In this document: positions 1 through 8,686 of the stretch, one piece after another | Position numbering within the stretch: position 1 is the stretch's first letter | Layout: the number at the start of each line of letters is the position of its first letter | Origin: Myxococcota bacterium | GTDB taxonomy: Bacteria > Myxococcota_A > UBA9160 > UBA4427 | Direction of reading: 5' to 3' | DNA: 27,225 nucleotides | NCBI GenBank assembly: GCA_036336835.1 | Contig: JAYZFK010000087.1 | Location: forward strand, 1 to 27,225 | Notes under the pieces: generated by a model | Told to the model about the DNA's origin: nothing | Seen by the model: only the letters and a program-made list of their open reading frames with translations | The model's database searches: none | Translations under genes and position numbers: made by a program

Positions 1-338
1 ACTCCCTGGCTGGTCACGTCCTGCGACACCAGAGCGAAGCCGACCACGCGCGGCGCCCAGCCCTCGACCTCCGGCACTGCGTCGAGCCGGGCGATCATCG
101 CGCTGTCCAGCTCGAGGAAGTGGTCGAGGCTGCGCTCCGCCAGATAGCCGGGCGCGGCCAGCATCGCGTGTCCGGAGCGCAGCCGGACACTGTCTTCGAT
201 CATCTTCTCGTGCACGCCGCGGCTCAGCGCCGTGAAGTCGACGACGAGGAGCACCGCGAACACGGTGGCCGCAACCGTCAGCGCAGTGCGACGCGGATTG
301 CGACCGACGTTGCGCCATGCGAGTCGCAGCACGCTCAC
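1..338 (-). CDS. ABC transporter permease, FtsX/LolE/MacB-PCD family (5' part; runs off the window)
   Basis: Not in the ORF track. Manual translation from GTG 338 gives MSVLRLAWRNVGRNPRRTALTVAATVFAVLLVV..., the 'LAWRN..RN.RRT.LT' N-terminus plus TM1 typical of this family. The start overlaps the upstream stop (GTGA, 335-338). Confidence 0.88.
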   Translation of the reverse strand, partial: MSVLRLAWRNVGRNPRRTALTVAATVFAVLLVVDFTALSRGVHEKMIEDSVRLRSGHAMLAAPGYLAERSLDHFLELDSAMIARLDAVPEVEGWAPRVVGFALVSQDVTSQG

Positions 339-1129
339 CGTCGAAACTCCTTCTCGAGGTAGCGCCGGGTGAAGATCGTCTCATCGAACTCGAGGTCGAA
401 CTTCGTTTCGATCAACTCGATCTCCGTGCGGTGCCCAGGCTTGTCGAGCGGCGTGAGCGACCAGCGATAGGGCATCAGACGGCTGCCGACCTGCCGGTGG
501 TCGGAGAAGACGAGCTCGCGGAGCTTCTCCCCGTCCTCGTCGAAGAATTCCTGGCGCAGCGGCGCGTACCCATCGACGGCGATCCAGGCGACGATCCGGC
601 CCCACACGACTGGGGCATCTTCGTGGGGCAGGTACTCGATCACGTAGGCACGCCTGGCTTCCGCGGGCTCACCTGCCGGCTCGACACCCAGCCATCGGTG
701 GTCGTAGTCGTCGATCTCGCTCGACTCCTTGACTAGATCGTCGTTGGTGAAGTCACTGCCCATCCACGACTGCAGCATCATCGACGGCGGGACCCGCATC
801 GTGCGCTCGACGCGGGGAATGTACATCCAGAGGTTCGATCCGAGCTTGAGGAAGCCGGTGCCGACGTCCTTCGCCGGCTCGTGGATGCGAATGAACGACC
901 GCTTGGCGCCGCGATCCTCCCAGGATTTGAAGCGGACCGAGCGCGCGCTCGACAAGCGCGGAGACTCGATGGTCATCCGCGCCTCGAAGTAGGTGCGATC
1001 GCTGCGCAGATTGTCCTCGGCGCGCCGGGCCACCTCGCGCGCCGACAATCCCTCGGGCGCGGGCTCGAGCGCCGAGACCGGAAGCGCCAGCAGGAGCAGC
1101 GCCAACATGCCGAGGCCCCGGGCCGTCAT
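335..1129 (-). CDS. Outer-membrane lipoprotein-sorting (LolA-like) periplasmic protein, 264 aa
   Basis: ATG 1129 overlaps the upstream stop (ATGA). Signal peptide MTARGLGMLALLLLALPVSA. Family motifs 'GTGFLK..NLWMYIP', 'WMGSDFTNDDL' and 'F....L' near the C-terminus. Directly followed by an ABC permease. Confidence 0.85.
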   Translation of the reverse strand: MTARGLGMLALLLLALPVSALEPAPEGLSAREVARRAEDNLRSDRTYFEARMTIESPRLSSARSVRFKSWEDRGAKRSFIRIHEPAKDVGTGFLKLGSNLWMYIPRVERTMRVPPSMMLQSWMGSDFTNDDLVKESSEIDDYDHRWLGVEPAGEPAEARRAYVIEYLPHEDAPVVWGRIVAWIAVDGYAPLRQEFFDEDGEKLRELVFSDHRQVGSRLMPYRWSLTPLDKPGHRTEIELIETKFDLEFDETIFTRRYLEKEFRR

Positions 1130-3960
1130 CGTATGGCTCCGCCCATCACGCTGCTTCGTCGCCACCCGGTGGTGCCCAGCTCTAGCCGCTGCGTCGGCCA
1201 GAACTCGAGATCCAGCCGGAGCGTGATCATGTTCGGCTTGTCGTCGAGATCCGCGATCTCGAGCCGCACGGATTCGCCGTCGCCCTTGTTGCGCACCGCC
1301 TCGAGAAAGGCATCGAGGTCCGGCGTGCCGACTCCGTCCACGGCGAGGATACGCAGCGTCGCGCCCAGACCGTATCGGTTGGCCGGCGAGCCAAACCAGA
1401 GCCAGGCGACGTAAACGCCGTCGCGCGGGAGCTGCTGATCGATCGCAATCGGCAGGTGAGGCTCCTGTAGCAGAGCGCCTGCCCACAGTAGCGCCCGCTG
1501 GGTGCCGCGGCCCGAGAGTTCGCTGGGCTCGATTACGAATTCGCTCAGCCTCCCGTCGCGCACCACGCCGAGGGTCAGCTGCTCGGCCTGGGCAGCGCGC
1601 TCAATCTCGCGAAAGCGCGTCACGAGCTCTCCGTCGACCGTGACGATCAGATCGCCCTCGCGCAACACACTGGCCGCGGGACTCTGCGCCGCGATGCGAA
1701 CCACCGACAGCACCCGGCGTTCGCGCGGGTCGCGCCGCTCGAGCCGCAGCGCGTACTCCTCGGGCAGGCCGCGCTCTCGTCCATCAGCCAGCGGGAGCGC
1801 CGCGAGCTCGAAGCCCAGACTCCGCCAGCCGACATCGCGTCCGGCTCGAAGGGGCTCGACGACATCGATCACCTGCTCGATCGGAAGCCCCGCGAAGAAA
1901 GACGACGGCTCCGACCCCGTTTCGCGGGCGAACGATGCCCACAACGCGAGCACACGGCCGCGGCGGTCGGCGAGCACGCCGCCCACCGACCCGGTCGTGT
2001 CCGACAGCGTGACGAGCTCGAGGTTGCGCTCGCGAAAGCGCGGGACGGCCGCCGGCGGCAGCACCAGCGACTCGCGCCGCGAGATCTTCGCCTCCCGCGC
2101 CACGATGCGATGGCGCGCGGTCGCGGCAACCAACACGACCTCGTCTCCCACCTCGAGCTCGGTCGCCCGGAGCACTGCTTCGCGCACCGGCGTATCGGCG
2201 ATCGACTCGGGGTCGTACGAGATCACAGCGATATTGTGCTCCGGGTGCAGATACACGACCTCGCCAGGAACCTTGACCGAACCTCCAAATGTCAGGCTGA
2301 GATCTCCGAGCGCGATCGGTACGGTCTCCCGATCGACCACGACGAGTCCCCGCTCCACGTCGACCACGAGGCCACTGCCGCGAAACCGATCCCCGTGGAC
2401 CCCGTCGAGTCGAAACGGGATGTCGAAGTCGACGATCACCATCGAGGGCGCAAGCGCTCGCAGCGCCCTCGGCCCGTCGGCTTCGAGCCCCGCGGTCGCC
2501 GGCTCGAGTGGTTCGGGCGGGGGGGGCACGGCGAGGTCGCGACATGGCCAGCGGCCCGACCGGTCATCGCGCGTACAGCGACGGGCCGGGAACCAGTGTC
2601 GCTCGACAGAGAGCACCGCCACCTCTTCGCGGCGAGGACTGCTGAGCTGGAAGTACCGAACCGGGACCCGCTGGCGCTCGGGAAGCTGACTCAGCACCTC
2701 GGCGAACGTGTCGAGCGTGGAAACGGGAGTACCGCCGACCTGCGTGATCACTGCGCTGCGCGGGACACCCGCCTGCCACAACCGGTAGCCCGGATCGGCC
2801 ACGTAGACGCCGCCCACCGGAACGCCGTGGTTCCGCGCCTGCTGGTAGGACAACTCGTGGACGACGCCTCCTCCGAATTCGACGAACGCCGAGGGCGTGA
2901 TCGAGTGAAGATCCTCGACGTCGAGCTCGAACACCTCGGGTCGGCCACCCCGCTCGACTTCGAAACGGATCCTCTCCCCGACGCGATCGTCGAGCACACC
3001 CTCGAGCACGAGGAAGCTCGTAGCGAGCTGTCGATCGATCCGCACGACGATATCGCCGGGCCGCAACCGGTCGCTGGCCGGGCCTCCGCGCACCGGCTCC
3101 GCGACGACGAGCATGCCAATCCCGTCCGGAAAGGCGCGACGTACCGCCTCCTCGGTTTTCCTGCGCAGCCCCAGCCGGCGCAGCTCGTCGAAAGGACGGT
3201 GCTCGAACACCGTCTGAACCGTCCCGCGCGCTACGGGCTCACCGCGGCGAATGAGATCGAGCGCGCGGACGACCCGATCGAGCGGCAGGTAGAAACTCGA
3301 GGCCGCCCGCCGCCGACCGCCCGCATTGAGCGCGATCACGCTGCCGGACTCGTCGATCACCGGCGAGCCGGACGAGCCGCCCGAGGTTCCGGAGGCCGCC
3401 TGGTAGTAGAAGGTGTTGAAGTCGTTGTAGCTGGCCGGACCGTAGCGCGGCGCCGAACGGTCGAGCCGCGCCAGGGTACTGGCCAGGATCGAGATCTTCT
3501 CGCCGGCGTCGTTGCCGATCACGCGGATCTCGCTGCCAACGCGCGCGCGCTCGGGTGCGAGTTCGAGCTCGCGCACCTGCATGAACCGTACGTCCGCCGG
3601 ATCGAAACGGAAGAAGCCAAAGTCATGCACGGGGTCGCGATAGACCGCGTGCACGTTCACTTCCTCGTGATCCAGGAACACGGCCTGAGCGCGAACGGGC
3701 CCCGGCGTCACCACGTGGCGATTGGTCAGAATCAGCCCGTGCTCTGCGTCCACGACGAAACCCGTCGCGGTCGAGCGGCCGGCTCCACCTCCGTCGAAGG
3801 CACGCGGAGTGACGACCTGGAGCTCGACGATGGACGGTGAGACACGGTCGATCGTCTGACGCCAATCCGCGAGACTCGCCGCCGGCAGTACCGCAATCAG
3901 GCAGACAGCCCAGACACGGACGCCGTGAGCTCGGGCTGACCGCGTCGAAGATCCCCGCAT
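1126..3960 (-). CDS. Nma111/Ynm3/Deg7-like tandem HtrA serine protease (active trypsin domain, PDZs, degenerate trypsin domain, PDZs), ~944 aa, with signal peptide
   Basis: Catalytic triad motifs TNRHVV, HDFGFF and GGSSGSP. Nma111/Deg7 signatures 'ATGFVVD', 'YRDPVHDFGF', 'GNDAGEK.SIL' and 'YNDFNT.Y.QAA'. A second, degenerate protease repeat (GSGLVVD...DRETVP...LHPEHN). Start chosen at ATG 3960, ahead of a signal-like segment. Confidence 0.88.
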   Translation of the reverse strand: MRGSSTRSARAHGVRVWAVCLIAVLPAASLADWRQTIDRVSPSIVELQVVTPRAFDGGGAGRSTATGFVVDAEHGLILTNRHVVTPGPVRAQAVFLDHEEVNVHAVYRDPVHDFGFFRFDPADVRFMQVRELELAPERARVGSEIRVIGNDAGEKISILASTLARLDRSAPRYGPASYNDFNTFYYQAASGTSGGSSGSPVIDESGSVIALNAGGRRRAASSFYLPLDRVVRALDLIRRGEPVARGTVQTVFEHRPFDELRRLGLRRKTEEAVRRAFPDGIGMLVVAEPVRGGPASDRLRPGDIVVRIDRQLATSFLVLEGVLDDRVGERIRFEVERGGRPEVFELDVEDLHSITPSAFVEFGGGVVHELSYQQARNHGVPVGGVYVADPGYRLWQAGVPRSAVITQVGGTPVSTLDTFAEVLSQLPERQRVPVRYFQLSSPRREEVAVLSVERHWFPARRCTRDDRSGRWPCRDLAVPPPPEPLEPATAGLEADGPRALRALAPSMVIVDFDIPFRLDGVHGDRFRGSGLVVDVERGLVVVDRETVPIALGDLSLTFGGSVKVPGEVVYLHPEHNIAVISYDPESIADTPVREAVLRATELEVGDEVVLVAATARHRIVAREAKISRRESLVLPPAAVPRFRERNLELVTLSDTTGSVGGVLADRRGRVLALWASFARETGSEPSSFFAGLPIEQVIDVVEPLRAGRDVGWRSLGFELAALPLADGRERGLPEEYALRLERRDPRERRVLSVVRIAAQSPAASVLREGDLIVTVDGELVTRFREIERAAQAEQLTLGVVRDGRLSEFVIEPSELSGRGTQRALLWAGALLQEPHLPIAIDQQLPRDGVYVAWLWFGSPANRYGLGATLRILAVDGVGTPDLDAFLEAVRNKGDGESVRLEIADLDDKPNMITLRLDLEFWPTQRLELGTTGWRRSSVMGGAIR

Positions 3961-4004
3961 GGGTCGGAGGCTAGCCGAGGTCGCAGAGCTGCGTGACGCG
4001 ATCA

Positions 4005-4020
4005 GAGAGTGCACACTCTC
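4005..4020. promoter_or_regulatory. Inverted repeat GAGAGTG-ca-CACTCTC in a divergent intergenic region; candidate operator
   Basis: Perfect 7-bp arms with a 2-bp spacer, in the 83-bp gap between the divergent protease and SDR starts. Confidence 0.3.
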
Positions 4021-4043
4021 CCTGCGGAGGCAGTGGAAGACGG

Positions 4044-4916
4044 ATGGATCGGGGTCGCCAGCAGTCCCTCGCTGGACGTGTCGCACTCGTCACCGGCGCC
4101 AGTCGCGGCATCGGCGCTGCCATCGCGCGCCGCTTCGCCGCCGAGGGCGCGGCGGTTGCGCTGGTCGCCCGCACGCTCGACGAGGTCGGTTCGAACTCCG
4201 AAACACTGCGCGCCACGGCCGATGCGATCGCGCGCGCCGGGGGCCGCGCCCAGCCGATCCGAGCCGATCTGGCCCGCGCCGCCGACCGCGAGCGGGCGGT
4301 CGAACGAGCCGTCGAGGCCCTGGGGCCGATCGATGTGCTGGTCAACAATGCCGCCCGGGCAGACGGGGAGACGCTCGCCGAGCTGCGCGAGACCTACGAA
4401 GTCAACGCGATCGCCCCGCTCGACCTCGCTCGGCGCGTCCTGCCCTCGATGCGAGAGCACGGCGAGGGCTGGATCCTGAACATCGGGTCCGCCGCGGCAC
4501 AACGCCCGGAGCCGCCCTACTCCGAGTTCCACCGCACCGCGAGCGAAGCCTGGCTGCACTACGCCGCAACCAAGGCCGCGCTCGACCGCCTCACCAGCGG
4601 CCTCGCCGCTCTGCACTGCGACGCCAACATCGCCATCAACGGGCTGACGCCCCGGGGCGTCGTGGTGACCTCGCGACTGATCGAGGAGTGGGGATCCGAG
4701 CGGATCGCCCAGCTCGAATCACAGAGTCACGCCGTCGAAACCGTGGAGGCCATGGCCGAAGCCGCGCTGGCCCTGTGCAGCGTCAGCGCGCGCGACGTCA
4801 CGGGACGCAACGCGGTGTGCAGCGCATTGCTCGAAGAGCTCGGGCGCGAGGTACGCGGACTCGACGGTCAGCCGCTCCACGACGCCGGCGCAACCTCTGC
4901 CCCGGCTAGGACGTGA
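4044..4916 (+). CDS. Short-chain dehydrogenase/reductase (SDR), ~290 aa
   Basis: GRVALVTGASRGIG Rossmann motif, LVNNA, ILNIGS and catalytic YAATK. ATG 4044 is preceded by purine-rich GGAGG/GGAAG. Confidence 0.9.
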   Translation: MDRGRQQSLAGRVALVTGASRGIGAAIARRFAAEGAAVALVARTLDEVGSNSETLRATADAIARAGGRAQPIRADLARAADRERAVERAVEALGPIDVLVNNAARADGETLAELRETYEVNAIAPLDLARRVLPSMREHGEGWILNIGSAAAQRPEPPYSEFHRTASEAWLHYAATKAALDRLTSGLAALHCDANIAINGLTPRGVVVTSRLIEEWGSERIAQLESQSHAVETVEAMAEAALALCSVSARDVTGRNAVCSALLEELGREVRGLDGQPLHDAGATSAPART

Positions 4917-5370
4917 CTTCGCCGCCAGCCGACGCAGCCTGGCGGTCGGGGAGGTAGGTCTGGAACATCTCCCCCAGCTCGCTCTCGTCGCGCTGCGGAA
5001 CGTCGTACCAGGTGCGAATCACCACTGATCCGTCTTCCTCGAAGCGAAAGGTCTCGATGCTGATGGCCGTGTGCGCCTGGCCATCGGTGGTGATGTGATT
5101 CTCGAGCACCCAGGCCACCTCGTTGCCGTTGACCATCACGATGCCGTCGTGGTGCTCGAACTTGACGCGATCCTGGAACAGGTCCCACGAATCGACACAG
5201 CAGTGCTGGAAGCCGAGCTTCTCGGGCGTCCCGACCGGATCGAGCATTCGAAACTCCCCGGGGCCAACCCGACGCCAGTTGTCGATCCAGGCTTGTTTTT
5301 CGCCGGCGTTCCACAGCTCGACGTAGGCATGCGCCCACTGCAGCAGATCGGCACGAGAATGAATCGGCAC
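4906..5370 (-). CDS. NTF2/SnoaL-fold protein, ketosteroid-isomerase-like, 154 aa
   Basis: 'YVELWNAG', 'DPVGTP', 'GNEVAW' and 'IETFRFEEDG' parallel the KSI motifs YVAALNAG, DPVGSE, ANEAAF and IDHFRFNGAG. GGAGGA SD lies before the GTG. Confidence 0.8.
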   Translation of the reverse strand: MPIHSRADLLQWAHAYVELWNAGEKQAWIDNWRRVGPGEFRMLDPVGTPEKLGFQHCCVDSWDLFQDRVKFEHHDGIVMVNGNEVAWVLENHITTDGQAHTAISIETFRFEEDGSVVIRTWYDVPQRDESELGEMFQTYLPDRQAASAGGEVTS

Positions 5371-5394
5371 AGAGAATCCTCCGGAGGTGACGCG

Positions 5395-5988
5395 TCAACG
5401 AACGCGGTCGAGGTAACGCTTCACATACTTGCCGAGCACGTCGGCCTCGAGGTTGAGTGGGCTGCCGGGCGCCCGCTGACCGAGCGTCGTTTGCGCGAGC
5501 GTATGTGGAATCAGCGCCACATGGAAGCCGCCCGGCTCGACATCGACCACGGTCAGCGAGACACCGTCGATCGCAACCGAGCCCTTGTCGACCAGCAGCT
5601 CGGCAAACTCGGCGGGACAGTCGACCGAGAGCCGGGCGTCCTTACCGTCCTGCTCGAGAGCGCGCACGCGCCCAAGCCCGTCGACGTGGCCCTGCACGAT
5701 GTGGCCGTCGAATCGACCGTCGGCGCGCATGGCCCGCTCGAGATGGACTCCATCGCCCTTCTCGAGCGCCCCGATTGCGGTCTTGTCGAGGGTCTCGCGT
5801 ACCGCGTCGAAGCTCAGACGCTCCGCGTCGATCGCAGTCACGGTCAGGCAGGCGCCGTGGACGAGCACGCTGTCCCCGAGATGCACGCCGTGCGATACGG
5901 GCCCGGCGTCAACCTCGAGACGAGCGACATCGGGGCCGACCTCGACCCGGACGATGGATCCGACGTGCTCGACGATGCCGGTGAACAC
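5395..5988 (-). CDS. ribE: Riboflavin synthase (alpha chain; ribC in E. coli nomenclature)
   Basis: MFTGIV N-terminus, GACLTV, GHIVQGHVDG, KGSVAIDGVSLTV, LIPHT and NLEADVLGKY. Confidence 0.97.
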   Translation of the reverse strand: MFTGIVEHVGSIVRVEVGPDVARLEVDAGPVSHGVHLGDSVLVHGACLTVTAIDAERLSFDAVRETLDKTAIGALEKGDGVHLERAMRADGRFDGHIVQGHVDGLGRVRALEQDGKDARLSVDCPAEFAELLVDKGSVAIDGVSLTVVDVEPGGFHVALIPHTLAQTTLGQRAPGSPLNLEADVLGKYVKRYLDRVR

Positions 5989-5993
5989 GCCCT

Positions 5994-7349
5994 TCAGCGC
6001 CCGAAGCGCAAATCGATCTCGCGCTGCATGCGATCGCGAACCGTCGCGTAGCTGGCATCGAGCTCGATCGGCGGGTTGGGGTTCGACGGCACGATCCCCG
6101 CGAGCTTCATCAGATGATAGTCGACCTTGAACTCGGTGAATTTCAGGCCGTGCGCCGTCGAGATCACGACCACGCGGTCGCTCTTCTGGATCTGACCGCG
6201 ATCGAGCAGCTTGGACAGCGCCGCCAGAGCGACCCCGGTGTGCGGACAGTTGAACAACCCAGTCCGGTCGGCGGTGGCGCAGGCTTCCGCGATCTCCGCT
6301 TCGCTGGCCTGTTCGACCACGCCGTCATAGCGCTTCACCGCATCCACCGCTTTCTGGTAGGACACCGGGTTGCCGATCTGAATCGCTGATGCGAGCGTCT
6401 TGCGGGCCGCGATCGGCTCGAACACCTTGAAGTCCCGTTGGTAGGCGAGGTAGAGCGGGTTCGCCGCCTGCGCCTGCGCCACGCAGATGCGCGGCCTGCG
6501 ATCGATCAACCCGAGCTCGAAGAGCATGTCGATCCCTCGGGCGAGCGCAGAGACGTTTCCCAGGTTGCCGCCGGGAATGATCAGCCAGTCCGGGACATCC
6601 CAGTCGAACTGCTGGATGATCTCGATGCCGACCGTCTTCTGGCCCTCGACGCGCAGGCTGTTCATCGAGTTCGCGAGATAGACGCCGTCGTTCTGCGCGA
6701 TCTGCTTCACGATCGCCATGCAGCCGTCGAAGTCCGTGTCGAGCGCGAACACGATCGCGCCGTTGGCGACGGGCTGAATCAGCTGGGCCATCGAGATCTT
6801 GCCTCGAGGCAGGAACACGATGGTCGGGATGCCCGCTGCGGCGCCGTAGGCCGCGAGCGCCGCCGAGGTATCGCCGGTCGAGGCACACGCGACCGCCGGA
6901 ATCGACTTGCCGCGCGCGATCATCTCCTTGACCATCGACAGCAGCACGGTCATGCCGAGGTCCTTGAACGAGCCGGTGTGGGAGTTGCCACAGAGCTTGA
7001 TCCACAGCTCGTCGAGGCCGAGCTGCTGGCCGTAGCGATCGGCCCAGAACAGATTCGTGTGACCCTCGTACATGGAGACGACGTTCTCGTTGTCGACGCC
7101 CGGAAGCACCCACTCCTTCTTGCCCCAGACCCCCGAGCCATAGGGCCACTCGGTCTTGTGGGAGCGGCCCTCGAACAGCTCCTTCCACTCGGCAGCGGAG
7201 GTCTTCTTGAGCTCGTCCATGTCGTGGGCGACTTGCAGCAAGCCGCCCGCGCGGTCGGTGTAGACGATCTCGTCGAGCTCGTAGCGCTCTTTCGAGTCTG
7301 CCAGGCTCTCGAACCAGGCGCGATACCGCGGCTTGGTGCTGTCAGCCAT
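5994..7349 (-). CDS. thrC: Threonine synthase, plant-type subfamily, 451 aa
   Basis: PLP lysine motif [26 protein letters not shown] and [11 protein letters not shown] 7349 overlaps the hom stop (TGATG). The 905-aa ORF in the track is over-extended through hom. Confidence 0.95.
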   Translation of the reverse strand: MADSTKPRYRAWFESLADSKERYELDEIVYTDRAGGLLQVAHDMDELKKTSAAEWKELFEGRSHKTEWPYGSGVWGKKEWVLPGVDNENVVSMYEGHTNLFWADRYGQQLGLDELWIKLCGNSHTGSFKDLGMTVLLSMVKEMIARGKSIPAVACASTGDTSAALAAYGAAAGIPTIVFLPRGKISMAQLIQPVANGAIVFALDTDFDGCMAIVKQIAQNDGVYLANSMNSLRVEGQKTVGIEIIQQFDWDVPDWLIIPGGNLGNVSALARGIDMLFELGLIDRRPRICVAQAQAANPLYLAYQRDFKVFEPIAARKTLASAIQIGNPVSYQKAVDAVKRYDGVVEQASEAEIAEACATADRTGLFNCPHTGVALAALSKLLDRGQIQKSDRVVVISTAHGLKFTEFKVDYHLMKLAGIVPSNPNPPIELDASYATVRDRMQREIDLRFGR

Positions 7350-8683
7350 CACAGATCCTCCTCGATCCGGATCAGCCGGGTCGGCTCGGTGACGTGTGAG
7401 TGCCCGTCGATCTCTTCGATCGCGTCGCGTACGGCTCCTTCGCGCGCCGGATGCGTCAGCATGACGACGGGCACCGACTCGCCGGCGCCGCCCTGTCCTT
7501 CCTGGAAGACGGACCCGATCCCCACCCCGCGCTCGCCGAGTGCACCGGTAATGTGCGACAACACACCCGGGCGATCCAGGGCGGTGAAGCGCAGATAGCA
7601 GCGCGCAACCAGATCGCCGCTGTCGACCAGCGGCTTGCGAACCAGCTGGTCGGGCTCGTAGGAGAGCGGCGCAACCCTGCCCGAGCCGCTGCGCCGGATC
7701 TCGCGCGCGATCTCCATCAGATCGGCCACGACGGCGCTCGCCGTCGGCATCTCGCCGGCACCGGCACCGTAGAACAGCGTCGGGCCCACAGCATTGCCAG
7801 TGACGGCCACGGCGTTCATCGCCCCGTCCACCTTCGCAAGCAGGCTCTCGGCTGGAACCATGGTCGGATGGACGCGCGCGTCGATGCACTCGACGCCGTC
7901 GGAACCCTTCACCGGCTTCGCGATACCGAGCAGCTTGAGGCGGTAGCCAAGGCGCTCGGCCATCTCGAAATCGATCGGCAGCAGTCCACGGATGCCCTCG
8001 GTCGGGATCTCCTTGAAGGTCAATCTGGCCCCGTAGGCCATCGCCGAGAGCAGCGCCAGCTTGTGGGCCGCATCGATCCCATCGACGTCGACGGTCGGAT
8101 CCGCCTCGGCGTAGCCCAGGTCCTGGGCGCGCTTCAGCACGACCTCCAACGCTTCGCCCGTGCTCTCCATCTCGGTGAGCACGTAGTTGGTGGTGCCGTT
8201 CAGGATGCCCAGCACGCTCTCGATCTCGTTGGCCGCGAGGCCCTCGCGCAGCGATCGCAGGATCGGGATCCCGCCACCGACGCTCGCCTCGAAGGCCACG
8301 TCGACCCCCTTGGCCTTGGCGGCCTCGAAGATCTCCGCGCCGTGGAGTGCAAGCAGCGCCTTGTTGGCCGTGACGACGTGTTTGCCGGCCTCGATCGCCG
8401 CGAGCGTGATGCGGCGTGCCACATCGTAGCCACCGATCAACTCGATCACGATCTCGACCTCGGGATCGGACAGCAAGCCCTCCGTGTCGGCGTCGAATCG
8501 GATCCCGGACAGATCGATGCCGCGGTCGGTCTCGGTGTCGAGATCCGCGATGCGCACGAGCCGCAATGGGAAGCCCAGGCGCTTGGCGATGACAGCAGCA
8601 TTGAGCACCAGCACCTTGGCCACCCCAGTGCCAATCGTGCCGAGACCGATCAGACCAATGCCGAGGGAAGCGTTCGAGGACAT
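7349..8683 (-). CDS. hom: Homoserine dehydrogenase with C-terminal ACT domain
   Basis: [56 protein letters not shown], and the ACT motif DRPGVL. Confidence 0.97.
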   Translation of the reverse strand: MSSNASLGIGLIGLGTIGTGVAKVLVLNAAVIAKRLGFPLRLVRIADLDTETDRGIDLSGIRFDADTEGLLSDPEVEIVIELIGGYDVARRITLAAIEAGKHVVTANKALLALHGAEIFEAAKAKGVDVAFEASVGGGIPILRSLREGLAANEIESVLGILNGTTNYVLTEMESTGEALEVVLKRAQDLGYAEADPTVDVDGIDAAHKLALLSAMAYGARLTFKEIPTEGIRGLLPIDFEMAERLGYRLKLLGIAKPVKGSDGVECIDARVHPTMVPAESLLAKVDGAMNAVAVTGNAVGPTLFYGAGAGEMPTASAVVADLMEIAREIRRSGSGRVAPLSYEPDQLVRKPLVDSGDLVARCYLRFTALDRPGVLSHITGALGERGVGIGSVFQEGQGGAGESVPVVMLTHPAREGAVRDAIEEIDGHSHVTEPTRLIRIEEDL

Positions 8684-8686
8684 CGC

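Noticed and set aside
1502..3840. Long plus-strand ORFs (395 and 576 aa) opposite the protease, and similar ones opposite hom/alaC, recG, carB and pyrB
   Set aside because: Shadow ORFs caused by high GC and codon bias. They are Arg/Ala/Ser-rich, have no motifs and fully overlap well-supported genes.
5378..5387. Perfect palindrome CCTCCGGAGG upstream of the KSI-like gene
   Set aside because: It is largely explained by the GGAGG SD plus chance, and has no loop to form a hairpin.
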